Shown here piece by piece: positions 19,762 to 30,116 of a stretch of 64,000 nt of DNA. The first letter of the stretch is position 1. Every line of letters starts with the position of its first letter. Below the pieces are notes generated by a model. It saw only the letters and a program-made list of their open reading frames with translations. It was not told the DNA's origin and did no database searches. A program made the translations under genes and the position numbers. Location: the NCBI GenBank assembly GCA_041651015.1, contig JBAZKA010000003.1:117755-181754 (forward strand). The letters are read 5' to 3'. Origin of the DNA: Patescibacteria group bacterium (GTDB lineage Bacteria; Patescibacteriota; Patescibacteriia; Magasanikbacterales; GWA2-37-8).

Positions 19762-20355
19762 TCAATTATTAACCATAACTTCATTAATCGCGATTACATT
19801 TTTTCCTTCAAACAAACCATACAAAAATTTATCACCCAGCTCTCGGCGATCATTAAACTCATCGGTGGACATTATGGTGTAGCGCAATTCATGGCCAATG
19901 GTTTTTTCAAACTCGCGAACGATTTTGGCCACCACCGCCGCCTTCACTTCGCCCACAATAAGCATGTCTGATTCAGAATTCTTCGCCTCGGTAAACTGAC
20001 CGGTCAAAAGCAAAAACGTAATCTTGCCGGCCCGCTTTTTTAATTGTTCCACAAACTCTCGTTCCTCAATAATCTGCACCTTAATCAAAAGTTCCTTAAA
20101 TTCCGGATACAGCATACTGGACATATCCAACCGATAATACTTGCAACGCTCGGAAGCTTCACCGTCGTTTGGCGAGGGGGACATTTTCATAACCAATCCG
20201 GCCGCTTCCAAATTGGAAATTTCGCGGCGCACCGCGTTCATCTGTACGCCAATCATCCGGGCTAATTCCCGGACATAAAAACTCTTGTTCGGATTAGATA
20301 TAAATAATTGCAAAAGCTTCAAACGGGTTTTTGAACCAAAAAGGTGTTCAAGCAT
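19762..20355 (-). CDS. Winged-helix regulator with nucleotidyltransferase-like C-terminus
   Basis: LFGSKTRLKLL, YVRELAR, NAVRREISNL, DMLIVG. Confidence 0.8.
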   Translation of the reverse strand: MLEHLFGSKTRLKLLQLFISNPNKSFYVRELARMIGVQMNAVRREISNLEAAGLVMKMSPSPNDGEASERCKYYRLDMSSMLYPEFKELLIKVQIIEEREFVEQLKKRAGKITFLLLTGQFTEAKNSESDMLIVGEVKAAVVAKIVREFEKTIGHELRYTIMSTDEFNDRRELGDKFLYGLFEGKNVIAINEVMVNN

Positions 20356-20424
20356 AGATTTATATAGTTGGACGCTTTTTAATATATATAGTATAATGAA
20401 AGAGTCGTATTTAGTCAAAATCCT

Positions 20425-22677
20425 ATGTTGCCCAAAATCAAAATCAACGAATTTTTTGTAGAAGGAGAAAACCAGGATTTATCACACGTACTTTTGCACA
20501 TCATCCAACCGTCCACGTCCGAAGAAGAAAAAGAAAAAGGATATTTTTTTGCCGCCTGTGAAATCAACAACGGCCGCAAGGAAGACGTAGTCAATTTGCA
20601 AAATCTGATGGATGAAATTGAAAATGATTATTACGAAACGCCCAATCAGCCGGGCAAAGAAACTCTGGAGCTGATTTTAGAAAAAATCAACAGCGAAAAT
20701 TTCGCACTCTCCGATTCCTCGGCCGAACTGCATTGTTTGATCGGCGCTTTGCGTGGCGACGAGCTGGTGTTTTCTTTCCGCGGACGACCCGAGGCGATTT
20801 TATTTTACAAAAATAAACTCGGCCAGCATCAAATCATGGATTTGGTGGCGGCGAACGAAAACGACGAACAGGAAAACGGCGATAAACTTTTTTCCCAAAT
20901 CATCCAAGGCAAAATCAGCGCCGGGGATTATTTTTTTGGCGGCACTTCCCATATCGGCGGATGCTTCAATCATGACCGGATGCAAAAAATTATTACCGGC
21001 CGAGCGCCCGAGCAAAGCGCCGACCATTTTGAAAAGGTATTATCCGGCATCAAAAACGGCTATTCATACGGCGGGGTGATCATGTTCCGCGAACCGGAAA
21101 TTGAAGCCATCAAAACCGCGGACAAAATTGAACCCGAGAAAAAACCCATATTTACCACCGAAGAGCAAACCGACCGCACCCTCTCTCCGTCCCTGATGAA
21201 CAATTTGAACTCAAAAGTAAAATCAATGATGGACAAGGATGTAGCTGCCAAACCGCGCCCGATTGTGCCAACCAACATCCCGCAAACAATCTCGCCTCAC
21301 GTCAAACAGCGCCCGGCCCGTCCGATGGCCGGCAAATCCCCGGCCGAGATTATAATGATGATAATCCGAGCCATTGGCATTGGGCTCAAATATTTTGGTT
21401 ATAGCATCTACTGGCTATTCTTTATGTTAGCCAAATTCATTGTCGGCATTGGACGTTTTGCCGCCATGTTATTTATTGTGGTATTTAATTTCAAGAATCG
21501 TCGGCGTTCCATTCTGGAATCCTGGAGCGAAGGCCGGCGCCGTTTTACCAAACGCCTCAGAGAACTGCCGCTCATTACCAAAATTCTGGCCGTGGCCGCG
21601 ATAATTTTTGCCATTGTTTTTGTCATCAGCACCGCCACTATCCAGGCGCGCAAAATTAAAGACGAAGCCAATAAAGTCTATTTGGAAAATTTGCAAACTA
21701 TCAAAAACAAGGTTGATGCCGCCGAATCCGCCCTCATCTACGGCGATGAATCTTCGGCCAAAGCCACATCCGCCGAAGCGAAAACATTATTTACCGCGTT
21801 TACTTGCGCGCCGGTGGACAAGACCACCTGCGACGATATCATTTCGCGCTTGGATGCTTTATCTCTCAAACTGCGCAAGATGGATACGGTGGCGGCCGAG
21901 TTAATTGTGGACTGGAATAGTATGAATTTAACCGGTCTGGAAAAATTTATTAAAATTGACACCAAACTTATCGGTTATTCTTCCACTTCGGGCGCGCTTG
22001 CGGTTTACGACACCCTGACCAAAACCAATAAGACCATTTCCGCTTCGGACGCGACCTTTGCCGGGTTCATTGCCTCGGCCGTACCCAAAGAAAACGATTA
22101 CGTGGCCTTTATCGGCGCGGACAACAAATCCCTCGCTCTCTATGACCCCAAGACCGACACTTTGAAAAAAGGCGAGATTTCTTTTGCCGGCACACCGGAT
22201 ATTCGCTCAATCATTATTTACAATCGCCGGATGTATTCATTGGACGCGGCCGCTAACCAGGTTCTCCGCCATGATAATATCAAAAACGGATTTGGTTTGG
22301 GCAAAGACTGGCTCCAAGACACCAACCAAAATATCCGCGACGGAGTTGACTTGGCGATTGACGGCGATTTATTTGTCCTCAAAACCGACGGCCAAATCTT
22401 GAAATTCACCAAAGGCGTATCACAAAATTTTTCCTTGCAAACCATTGACCCGGCGCTGGATAGCGGAAATGATATTTGGACCTACACTGATTCGGTGAAC
22501 TTGTATGTGTTGGATGCCAAGAACAAACGCCTAATTACTTTTGATAAGACCGGACAATTCCTCCGCCAAATTACGGCTAATGATTTTACCTCCCCTGTCT
22601 CGGCCGCGATTGATGAAACAAGCGGTAGCGCCTACATCTTGGATTCGGGCAAAGTATATAAAATACATATCAAATAA
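20425..22677 (+). CDS. Large membrane protein: PP2C-like N-terminus, TM segments, C-terminal beta-propeller
   Basis: 750-aa ORF with central hydrophobic helices and NHL-like blades (AIDGDLFVL, LYVLD); domain calls inferred. Confidence 0.7.
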   Translation: MLPKIKINEFFVEGENQDLSHVLLHIIQPSTSEEEKEKGYFFAACEINNGRKEDVVNLQNLMDEIENDYYETPNQPGKETLELILEKINSENFALSDSSAELHCLIGALRGDELVFSFRGRPEAILFYKNKLGQHQIMDLVAANENDEQENGDKLFSQIIQGKISAGDYFFGGTSHIGGCFNHDRMQKIITGRAPEQSADHFEKVLSGIKNGYSYGGVIMFREPEIEAIKTADKIEPEKKPIFTTEEQTDRTLSPSLMNNLNSKVKSMMDKDVAAKPRPIVPTNIPQTISPHVKQRPARPMAGKSPAEIIMMIIRAIGIGLKYFGYSIYWLFFMLAKFIVGIGRFAAMLFIVVFNFKNRRRSILESWSEGRRRFTKRLRELPLITKILAVAAIIFAIVFVISTATIQARKIKDEANKVYLENLQTIKNKVDAAESALIYGDESSAKATSAEAKTLFTAFTCAPVDKTTCDDIISRLDALSLKLRKMDTVAAELIVDWNSMNLTGLEKFIKIDTKLIGYSSTSGALAVYDTLTKTNKTISASDATFAGFIASAVPKENDYVAFIGADNKSLALYDPKTDTLKKGEISFAGTPDIRSIIIYNRRMYSLDAAANQVLRHDNIKNGFGLGKDWLQDTNQNIRDGVDLAIDGDLFVLKTDGQILKFTKGVSQNFSLQTIDPALDSGNDIWTYTDSVNLYVLDAKNKRLITFDKTGQFLRQITANDFTSPVSAAIDETSGSAYILDSGKVYKIHIK

Positions 22678-22680
22678 AAA

Positions 22681-22793
22681 TGCGATACCAATATACAAAT
22701 ACATGCGAATAATACGAATGCTTTTACAAAACCCTGCCTCGTGAGGCAGGGTTTATTTGTATAATTAGTATGCATTCGTATATTTGCATCGCA
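22681..22793. terminator. Bidirectional terminator flanked by an inverted pair of TGCGAT-family repeats
   Basis: aaaaccctgcctc-gt-gaggcagggttt between convergent genes, with repeats at 22681-22719 and 22757-22793. Confidence 0.75.
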
Positions 22794-23720
22794 TCATAAC
22801 CACTTCTTCCTCTTGAAAATCCCCACCATCATTATCACCCCCATGGCCATCAATCCGCAAATAATCCAAAACCCAAACGGCATATCCACAAACGGACGGC
22901 CGTTGGCGTCAATGGCAAAAATCGTGGCAATCAAAGTGAGCGGAAAAGTCACCACCGAGATAATAGTCAAAGTCTTCATCACTTCATTCATGCGCAAAGA
23001 AACAATGGACTCATTCGTTTCGTGCAAAGCATTAACGCTTTCCTTTTGGCTTTCCAGCATATGCCAGATTTCATTGGTGAACTCGCGCAAGTTATTGATA
23101 TAATTTTGAAACGTACCCAAATCCAATTCTCGTCCACTATACATAATCAGGCGTTCCAGCACGGTACGGTGACCCTGCATGGTCCGGCGGAAAGTGACGA
23201 TATTGGTCTTGAGGCGCAAAATTTCCTCGGCCATTTCTTTGCCGGTAATATTAGAAAATAATTTTTTATCCACCAAATTAATATCTTCGTTCACGTGCAA
23301 AAGCGCGGGGAAAATTGCGTCCAAAAGACGGCTCAAAAGTTCAAACAGCACATGCACGGCCGTACCGCTGAAAAATTGCTGGCGAATTTTCGGATGTTTA
23401 CGGCATTCGTTAAAAAACGTCTCCATGGTCGGCAGTTTGTCGTCATGGATGGTGACAATATAATTGGGAGAGAGAAAAAAATCCACTTCAGTAAAACCCA
23501 ATCGGCGGGTCGTCCGGTCAAAAACCGGAAAATGCAAAACCATGAAATAATAATTCGGCCGTTTAACGATTTTGGCTCGTTGAAACGGCGGTAGGCTCTC
23601 GCGGATGTCTTGCTCGTCAAAATTAAAACGCTTTTGCACCGCCACAAGTTCTTTCTCGGTTTGGCGAGAAATGTTTACCCAGAGCAAACCGTCTTGCTCA
23701 ATTTCACGGATGTGTTGCAT
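22794..23720 (-). CDS. corA: CorA-family Mg2+ transporter
   Basis: NEVMKTLTIIS, FPLTLIATIF and two C-terminal TMs; the GMN motif appears degenerate (AID). Confidence 0.88.
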   Translation of the reverse strand: MQHIREIEQDGLLWVNISRQTEKELVAVQKRFNFDEQDIRESLPPFQRAKIVKRPNYYFMVLHFPVFDRTTRRLGFTEVDFFLSPNYIVTIHDDKLPTMETFFNECRKHPKIRQQFFSGTAVHVLFELLSRLLDAIFPALLHVNEDINLVDKKLFSNITGKEMAEEILRLKTNIVTFRRTMQGHRTVLERLIMYSGRELDLGTFQNYINNLREFTNEIWHMLESQKESVNALHETNESIVSLRMNEVMKTLTIISVVTFPLTLIATIFAIDANGRPFVDMPFGFWIICGLMAMGVIMMVGIFKRKKWL

Positions 23721-23747
23721 ATGGAAATATTATATCATAAAAATATA

Positions 23748-23844
23748 TGCGATGCCAATATGCGAATGCATACGAATTATACGAATCACATCTACACTTG
23801 TCATTCCGAATGAAGCGAAGCGAAATGAGGAATCCCTTGTCGCG
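23748..23844 (+). repeat. TGCGAT-family repeat followed by a TGTC-tagged palindrome
   Basis: 23748-23786 and 23799-23844. Confidence 0.78.
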
Positions 23845-23968
23845 TCAGTTTACATCTGTTTTAATCAGTTTGAATCAATGAAATAAAAAAGAGGGAGCTA
23901 CTTTCGTAACCCCCTCTGTCTGGTCGCACCACGTTCCGATTGCTCGGAAGGCGGTAGCGCATGGCATG

Positions 23969-24184
23969 CTAGTAACCGTCGTCTTCGGCCGCGTCTGATT
24001 CGATCTCGACGATGAACGGGTCGGTAAGATCACGCGAGCCGTCGCCTGCCGGGTCAGCGACCTGACGAGCGCCAGCGATGGCTTTATTTATATACCTACC
24101 TAACTCTTCGTCTTCCCGTCGCTGCGCTTCTGCACGAGCGAACTCGAGTTCATAGGCGCGCTCATACTCACGATTCATCTTCAT
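23969..24184 (-). CDS. Small acidic hypothetical protein
   Basis: ATG preceded by GGGAAGGGA at the end of a repeated hairpin. Confidence 0.6.
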   Translation of the reverse strand: MKMNREYERAYELEFARAEAQRREDEELGRYINKAIAGARQVADPAGDGSRDLTDPFIVEIESDAAEDDGY

Positions 24185-24222
24185 TCCCTTCCCGAATCCG
24201 ACCATTGGCCGGATACTTCGGT
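24182..24222 (-). repeat. 41-bp hairpin+RBS direct repeat, copy A
   Basis: Core cccgaatccgaccattggccggat identical at 24191-24214 and 24501-24524. Confidence 0.88.
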
Positions 24223-24232
24223 TCACACCGTC

Positions 24233-24493
24233 TTAACGACACTCATCGACACCCCAATCATTCCAGACTGTTTCGAAAAACTTCGGCCGTCGTCCCGCCG
24301 CAAGATCCCTACAAATGTCATCTATTGTCCTTTCGATAATTATATACGGAGGGGGTTCTTTCCATGCGTGCACATCCCACTTGGTATGTTTACGCGGCTC
24401 CCTCGTAATAATCCCAGGATCATTATCGTCATCTCGTAGGGCGAAGGCGCTCCGTCTCTCCTGAATCGTCAAATTACGTATAGCCATTTCCAT
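24233..24493 (-). CDS. Small hypothetical protein
   Basis: 86-aa ORF with GGGGAGGGG directly before ATG. Confidence 0.6.
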   Translation of the reverse strand: MEMAIRNLTIQERRSAFALRDDDNDPGIITREPRKHTKWDVHAWKEPPPYIIIERTIDDICRDLAAGRRPKFFETVWNDWGVDECR

Positions 24494-24532
24494 TCCCCTC
24501 CCCGAATCCGACCATTGGCCGGATGTTTCGGT
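24491..24532 (-). repeat. 42-bp hairpin+RBS direct repeat, copy B
   Basis: Matches copy A at 310-bp spacing. Confidence 0.88.
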
Positions 24533-24540
24533 GTTGGTTG

Positions 24541-24789
24541 TTATTTTTTCGCCCTGCCAATGTCATCTTTCAAAACAGCGGCAAGCCCCACGATATCATT
24601 GTGTAATTTCGCTATTAATAGTTTGGCTAACGACCTGTCCACGCCAAATCTCTTCATAGCTACTTCTTCGAGGTGCCGCTCTATCGCTTCAGCAATCTCA
24701 CCCACTCTTTTCTCCGAAAGCAGGAACTTCTTTTTCTCGCCTTTCTTCATCGCAAAGACCTCCTCGAGCATTTTGCTCGTTTTTCGCAT
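24541..24789 (-). CDS. Small helical hypothetical protein
   Basis: 82-aa ORF downstream of a consensus promoter. Confidence 0.55.
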   Translation of the reverse strand: MRKTSKMLEEVFAMKKGEKKKFLLSEKRVGEIAEAIERHLEEVAMKRFGVDRSLAKLLIAKLHNDIVGLAAVLKDDIGRAKK

Positions 24790-24853
24790 GTTTTTTATGA
24801 AAAGGACAATGTTTTTGCCTTATTTGAGCCGCAATCAATCTCTAAAACAGTTA

Positions 24854-24882
24854 ATAATAGCACATTTTGACGGTTTTGTCAA
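24854..24882 (-). promoter_or_regulatory. Sigma70 promoter with extended -10
   Basis: TTGACA-17 bp-(TGc)TATTAT on the minus strand. Confidence 0.75.
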
Positions 24883-25001
24883 TAGCATGCCGATAATTTT
24901 GGTAATAAAAAAGAAGGGCATATCCTTTCGGACTGTTTCCTTCAGAAGTCTTCTCTCTGCGGAAAAAGCAACACATTATCAAATGTGCGACATTAGTTAC
25001 A

Positions 25002-25322
25002 TTATTTATAACTTTTACCCGCGAACGAGTTCGGGATGTATTTCTGGGCGTCTTCCCGATCTAATGAGAACATGAACTCGCCAGCCTCAACATGTAAACC
25101 GCTGAAGCTGCCGTAGTAATTTTGCATTCCACGCATGCGATAGAAATTCATGCCGGAATCACCTTCGACACACGGGATTGCCCTACGAACTTCCATGGGG
25201 ATGGCGTTAATGTGATCCTCGCATACATAGAACTCCTGTTTGCCATCGCCTCCGCGACGCGCAAGTGCAGGCTTTGAATCATATTCAATGAACACGCCTG
25301 TTTCGTTACAATATGTACTCAT
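25002..25322 (-). CDS. Hypothetical protein
   Basis: ORF from MSTYCNE with AGGGAGAG SD; TTGACA at 25397-25402 upstream. Confidence 0.6.
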   Translation of the reverse strand: MSTYCNETGVFIEYDSKPALARRGGDGKQEFYVCEDHINAIPMEVRRAIPCVEGDSGMNFYRMRGMQNYYGSFSGLHVEAGEFMFSLDREDAQKYIPNSFAGKSYK

Positions 25323-25452
25323 GTTTTTCTCTCCCTTTGTTTTGCCGTTCAAAACGGCTGTTTGTTAATTAAATTAATAACATTTTTTGAGAGTATTGTC
25401 AACACCCCACGCTCTTCAATCCCAATTCAAACCGTGATATAATAATGATGTT

Positions 25453-25971
25453 ATGGATCAGAAACAAACCGAACAAAATTTTTCCCCAAATAAAATATCT
25501 GAGGGTGAGTTAAAGCGTACCGAAACATCGGCCACGCCTGAATTGGAATCGGCCAAAGAGGCTCAACCGTCATCGCCCGAGACCGCAGGCGCGGTCCAAG
25601 GCGAACGCGAGGCGTCCAAACCAACCTTGCCTTGGCCCAAAACCAAAAAACGCACGGCTATTCCCCCGCCCCGCGACCAAGTGACAATCAAAGTGGAAAA
25701 AATTCTGTCCGAAGGATTGGATGATACTTACGCCGGTTTATCACCGATCGCCCAACAAGAATTCAAACTCAAAGGCGAACAAACCGCTGTGAGCATCCGA
25801 GAAATACTACGCTCAACAAAAGTCAAAGCGAAAAAAATTTTTCAACTGATTTTGGAATGGCTGTCACTACTCCCGAACGTCAATAAATTTTTTCTGGAAC
25901 AGGAAGCAAAAATTAAAACCGATAGAATTATAGAATTAAATAAACGCGAGCAAGAAAATATTCACTTCTAA
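25453..25971 (+). CDS. Conserved hypothetical protein
   Basis: Disordered N-terminus then VEKILSEGL...FLEQEAKIKTD; 1 nt from the next ATG. Confidence 0.75.
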   Translation: MDQKQTEQNFSPNKISEGELKRTETSATPELESAKEAQPSSPETAGAVQGEREASKPTLPWPKTKKRTAIPPPRDQVTIKVEKILSEGLDDTYAGLSPIAQQEFKLKGEQTAVSIREILRSTKVKAKKIFQLILEWLSLLPNVNKFFLEQEAKIKTDRIIELNKREQENIHF

Positions 25972-25972
25972 C

Positions 25973-28525
25973 ATGGGTTCGGAATTTGTCATCAATCAAC
26001 CTGTCATCAATTCTGTCGCTTTCACCGACACGGACGCTTTTTTAATTTCCATAGCCTCGGCCGGCGCAATCTTGGCTTTTATAATTTTTCTCAATATCAT
26101 CCGCGCCATTTTGCACGCCAAAGCCCGGACCGGCAAAGCCTTTCATCGCACCGTGCTTTTGGTCAAAGTTCCCAAAGAACGTTTGGGTGAAAAGGCTGAA
26201 ACATCAGGCGCCTTGGAATCAGTGGCGCAAATCCGCGAGCAAATTGCCGCGTCCGAAGTTTTATTCGCAGTCATCGCCGGCTTGCGTCCCGAGAGTGGAA
26301 TCAAATCCTGGTTTTACGGACGCAACGACCACATGGCTTTTGAGCTCGTAGTCAAAGACGGCAAAATTTCTTTTTACTTGGCCGTGCCGGACAGAATGAA
26401 AGATTTCATTGAACATCAAATCCACGCGCAGTTCCCGCATGCGCAAATCACCGAGGAGCCGGATTATAATATTTTTAAACCCGAGAGCCACATTGTCGGC
26501 GCGTATTTGTTTTGTAAACATCGTTCGGCTTTCCCGCTCAAGACTTACAAACAACTGGAAAGCGATCCCCTGCTCGCCATACTTAATCCTTTGTCCAAAT
26601 TAGCGGAAAATGAAGGCGCGATTGTGCAATACATTATTCGTCCGGCCAAAAGTTCCTGGCGGCGCGAAGGCGTGCGCATGATCCGTGAAATTCGCCAAGG
26701 TCAAAAATTTGAATACGTGGCTCGGCGCGGCGCGTTAAGCCGAATATTTTCCGGTTTCAAAAAAGATTTTCTGACCAAAAAAGATCCGGCTAAATCTCAA
26801 GGCCAAACCGAATATCATTTGACACAGATGGAAGAGGAAATGGTAAAAAGCATGGAGGAAAAAATTTCTCAAGGCGGGCTGGAAACCACGATTCGTTTAA
26901 TCAGTTCATCCACCACCCAAGAAAAAGCCAAACTAAATTTGGAAAATATTATCAACTCTTTCAGCCAATACAGCATTTACCGTTATGGCAATTCTTTTGG
27001 CGCGGCCGTGCCGGCCAAACCAACGCGCATAATCCGCGATTCAATTTACCGGTCAATGGGCGCGAAAAAAGTTTTTGTCACCAACCCAATTGAACTGGCC
27101 GGACTATGGCATTTGCCTCTCACCTCCACCGAGACCCCGCACATCAATTGGCTGGGGGCGCGCAAAGCCCCGCCGCCGCTCAATATGCCGACCGAGGGAA
27201 TTATTTTGGGGCGCGCGTCTTATCGCGGCGAAGAAACAATTGTAAAAATGAAACGGTCGGACCGCCGGCGCCATCTTTATACAGTCGGTAAATCCGGTTC
27301 GGGCAAATCCGTCTTCATTCAAAACATGGCCGTGCAAGATGTAATAAACGGCGAAGGCGTTTGTGTGATTGACCCGCACGGAGATTTTGCCGAATATGTT
27401 TTACAGCACGTGCCCAAAGAACGCGCCGAGGATGTGATTTATTTTAATCCTTCGGATGTGGATCGTCCGGTCGGCATGAACATTTTGGAAGTCCACACCG
27501 AAGAGCAAAAAGATTTTGCCACTCAGGAAATGATTTCCATGTTTTATAAAATGGTGACTGACCCGTCCATGATCGGCCCGATGTTTGAACACCAAATGCG
27601 CAACGTCATGCTGACTTTAATGTCGGACATGGAGACGCCCGGCACCATTGCTGAGATTCCGCGCATGTTTACCGATGACGCCTTTGTCGCCACTTGGAAA
27701 AAGAAACTCAAGGATCCGGTGGTGATGTCGTTCTGGGACAAAGAAATGGCCAAAACTTCAGACTTCCACAAATCAGAAATGCTCGGTTACCTCATTTCCA
27801 AAGTCGGACGCTTTACCGAAAATGCCATGGTGCGCAACATCATTGGACAATCGCATTCCGGTTTTAATTTCCGCGAAGTGATGGATCAGAAAAAAATCTT
27901 GATTGTAAATTTAGCCAAAGGTTTGGTCGGTGAAATTAACGCCAACCTTTTGGGTATGATTATCGTATCCAAATTGCAAATGGCCGCCTTGGAGCGCGCT
28001 TCACTGGATGAAGACAAACGTTATGATTTTTATTTGTACATTGACGAGTTCCAAAACTTTATCACTGATTCCATTGCCACGATTTTGTCCGAAGCGCGCA
28101 AGTACCGTTTGGATTTGATTATCGCCCATCAATATCTGAAACAACTGGAAGACAACAAAGGCAAGACCACGGTGCGCGATGCCGTACTCGGCAATGCCGG
28201 CACCATCGTTTCCTTCCGCATTGGCGTGGAAGACGCGGAAATTTTGCAAAAAGAATATGCCCCTGTGTTTTCGGCCTATGACCTGATCAATGTGGAGCAA
28301 TACACGGCCTACATTAAACTGCTTATTGACAATACGGCCGCAAAACCGTTTAATATGATGACATACCCGCCCACCCCGGGCAACAAGGAATTGGCCGAAG
28401 CGATTAAAGAGCTTTCCCGCCTCAAATACGGCCGTCCGCGTGAAATCGTGGAAGCCGAGATTTTGGAACGCTCGCAACTTGGTTCCATCATGCAGCAAAG
28501 CGCCGGCATTGAACCGACGTTATAA
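25973..28525 (+). CDS. VirD4/TraD-like (HerA/FtsK superfamily) membrane ATPase
   Basis: RHLYTVGKSGSGKS, IDPHGD, LYIDEFQNF, LSEARKY, AHQY; N-terminal TM. Confidence 0.9.
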   Translation: MGSEFVINQPVINSVAFTDTDAFLISIASAGAILAFIIFLNIIRAILHAKARTGKAFHRTVLLVKVPKERLGEKAETSGALESVAQIREQIAASEVLFAVIAGLRPESGIKSWFYGRNDHMAFELVVKDGKISFYLAVPDRMKDFIEHQIHAQFPHAQITEEPDYNIFKPESHIVGAYLFCKHRSAFPLKTYKQLESDPLLAILNPLSKLAENEGAIVQYIIRPAKSSWRREGVRMIREIRQGQKFEYVARRGALSRIFSGFKKDFLTKKDPAKSQGQTEYHLTQMEEEMVKSMEEKISQGGLETTIRLISSSTTQEKAKLNLENIINSFSQYSIYRYGNSFGAAVPAKPTRIIRDSIYRSMGAKKVFVTNPIELAGLWHLPLTSTETPHINWLGARKAPPPLNMPTEGIILGRASYRGEETIVKMKRSDRRRHLYTVGKSGSGKSVFIQNMAVQDVINGEGVCVIDPHGDFAEYVLQHVPKERAEDVIYFNPSDVDRPVGMNILEVHTEEQKDFATQEMISMFYKMVTDPSMIGPMFEHQMRNVMLTLMSDMETPGTIAEIPRMFTDDAFVATWKKKLKDPVVMSFWDKEMAKTSDFHKSEMLGYLISKVGRFTENAMVRNIIGQSHSGFNFREVMDQKKILIVNLAKGLVGEINANLLGMIIVSKLQMAALERASLDEDKRYDFYLYIDEFQNFITDSIATILSEARKYRLDLIIAHQYLKQLEDNKGKTTVRDAVLGNAGTIVSFRIGVEDAEILQKEYAPVFSAYDLINVEQYTAYIKLLIDNTAAKPFNMMTYPPTPGNKELAEAIKELSRLKYGRPREIVEAEILERSQLGSIMQQSAGIEPTL

Positions 28526-28532
28526 AATAATT

Positions 28533-30116
28533 ATGTCCACCTTATACAGAAAATACAGACCGCAAAAATTTTCGGATTTAATCGGGCAAGAACACTTGAC
28601 ACAAACCTTGACCAATGAAATCAGCACGGGCAAAATCGCTCACGCTTATTTATTTTCCGGACCGCGAGGCATTGGCAAAACCACCATGGCGCGCTTGCTC
28701 GCCAAAGCGATAAACTGTGAGAATCGCAAAGACGGCGACTTTGAACCATGCGACGAATGCGCTTCATGCCAGGAAATTTCCGCGGCGCGGAATATTGATG
28801 TGATTGAAATTGATGCCGCTTCCAATACGGGCGTGGACAATGTCCGTGAAAATATAATTGACAACGCGCAATTCAAACCGACCCGTTCCAAATATAAAGT
28901 TTTTATCATTGACGAGGTGCACATGCTCTCCACCAGCGCTTTTAACGCCCTCCTCAAAACTTTGGAGGAACCGCCGGCGCATGTGATTTTTGTCCTGGCC
29001 ACCACTGAACTGCACAAACTGCCGGCCACGATTGTTTCCCGCTGTCAGAGATTTAATTTCAAAAAAATTCCCGAGGATATAATGATAAAAAAATTGGAAA
29101 CGATGGCCAAGGGCGAAGACGTAAAAATAGACAAAGAAGTTTTGAAACGCGTCATGGCCAAAAGCGACGGTTGTATGCGCGATGCCGAGAGTTTGCTCGG
29201 GCAAATTATGTCGCTCAATCTGAAAAAAATCACGGCCGAAGACGCGGTCATGGTCCTACCGGCCGCGAACATCGAACTCTCGCTCAAATATTTATTTGCC
29301 ATTGCCGAACATAATTTCTCGGATGCCGTATACATAGTGGACGAGCTGATTAAAACCGGCGCGAATATTGAACAATTCGCCTTGGACACCATTGAAATTT
29401 TACGGGCCGCCATGATTGCCTCGGCTGGCGGAAGTTTTGGTTTGGATTATTTGGATAAAGACAAAAAAGAAATTAAAAAATTATCCGAACTGCTCGGCCG
29501 AGAAAAAATTATTGCTTTGATTGATTCGGCTGTCCAACGCCGGACTGAAATCAGGCAATCCCCTGTTCCGCAATTGCCCTTGGAACTTTTGGCCGCCGAA
29601 TTTTCCTCACAAACAACTGTAAATAATAAACAAACACCGGTTGCGCCTGAAGTAAAACTAGAAACTCCTCGCGTGGAAATAAAACACGAAACAAATTCAG
29701 TAGTTCAGGCAGTGGTTGAGGAAGTGAGACAAATCGAAATAAAACCAGCAGAAGCTGTGCCCGAGGCCACAACCGCCCCAACTCACTCTGGAACATTAAC
29801 CCTTGATGAAGCCAAAAAAATCTGGGCCGAAGTCATTTCCAAATTAATGACCGAACTTCCATCTCTACTCTTTGTCTTAAAAATGGCCAGCATAAACGGC
29901 GTGGACGGCGACAATATTGAATTATCTATTCCCTTTTCTTTTCACAAAGAAAAAATTGAAGACAATAAAAATAAAAAAGCGATTGAATCAGCCATGGCGC
30001 AAATTACCGGCCGGCACATTGGTTTGATTTGCACAGTCAAAGAAGAAGAAACACAAAAAGTTGATTCAGATATCACTGCTCTCGCGGCCGAATTCGGCGG
30101 TGAAGTAGTGGGGTAA
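28533..30116 (+). CDS. dnaX: DNA polymerase III subunits gamma/tau
   Basis: LYRKYRP, GPRGIGKTT, EIDAASN, IIDEVHML, LKTLEEPP. Confidence 0.97.
   Translation: MSTLYRKYRPQKFSDLIGQEHLTQTLTNEISTGKIAHAYLFSGPRGIGKTTMARLLAKAINCENRKDGDFEPCDECASCQEISAARNIDVIEIDAASNTGVDNVRENIIDNAQFKPTRSKYKVFIIDEVHMLSTSAFNALLKTLEEPPAHVIFVLATTELHKLPATIVSRCQRFNFKKIPEDIMIKKLETMAKGEDVKIDKEVLKRVMAKSDGCMRDAESLLGQIMSLNLKKITAEDAVMVLPAANIELSLKYLFAIAEHNFSDAVYIVDELIKTGANIEQFALDTIEILRAAMIASAGGSFGLDYLDKDKKEIKKLSELLGREKIIALIDSAVQRRTEIRQSPVPQLPLELLAAEFSSQTTVNNKQTPVAPEVKLETPRVEIKHETNSVVQAVVEEVRQIEIKPAEAVPEATTAPTHSGTLTLDEAKKIWAEVISKLMTELPSLLFVLKMASINGVDGDNIELSIPFSFHKEKIEDNKNKKAIESAMAQITGRHIGLICTVKEEETQKVDSDITALAAEFGGEVVG

Noticed and set aside
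24182-24532. Integron attC sites
   Set aside because: No RYYYAAC/GTTRRRY ends, too short, and no integron integrase in the window.
25973-28525. Conjugative element
   Set aside because: No relaxase, VirB4 cluster, integrase or att sites; the gene is embedded with dnaX.
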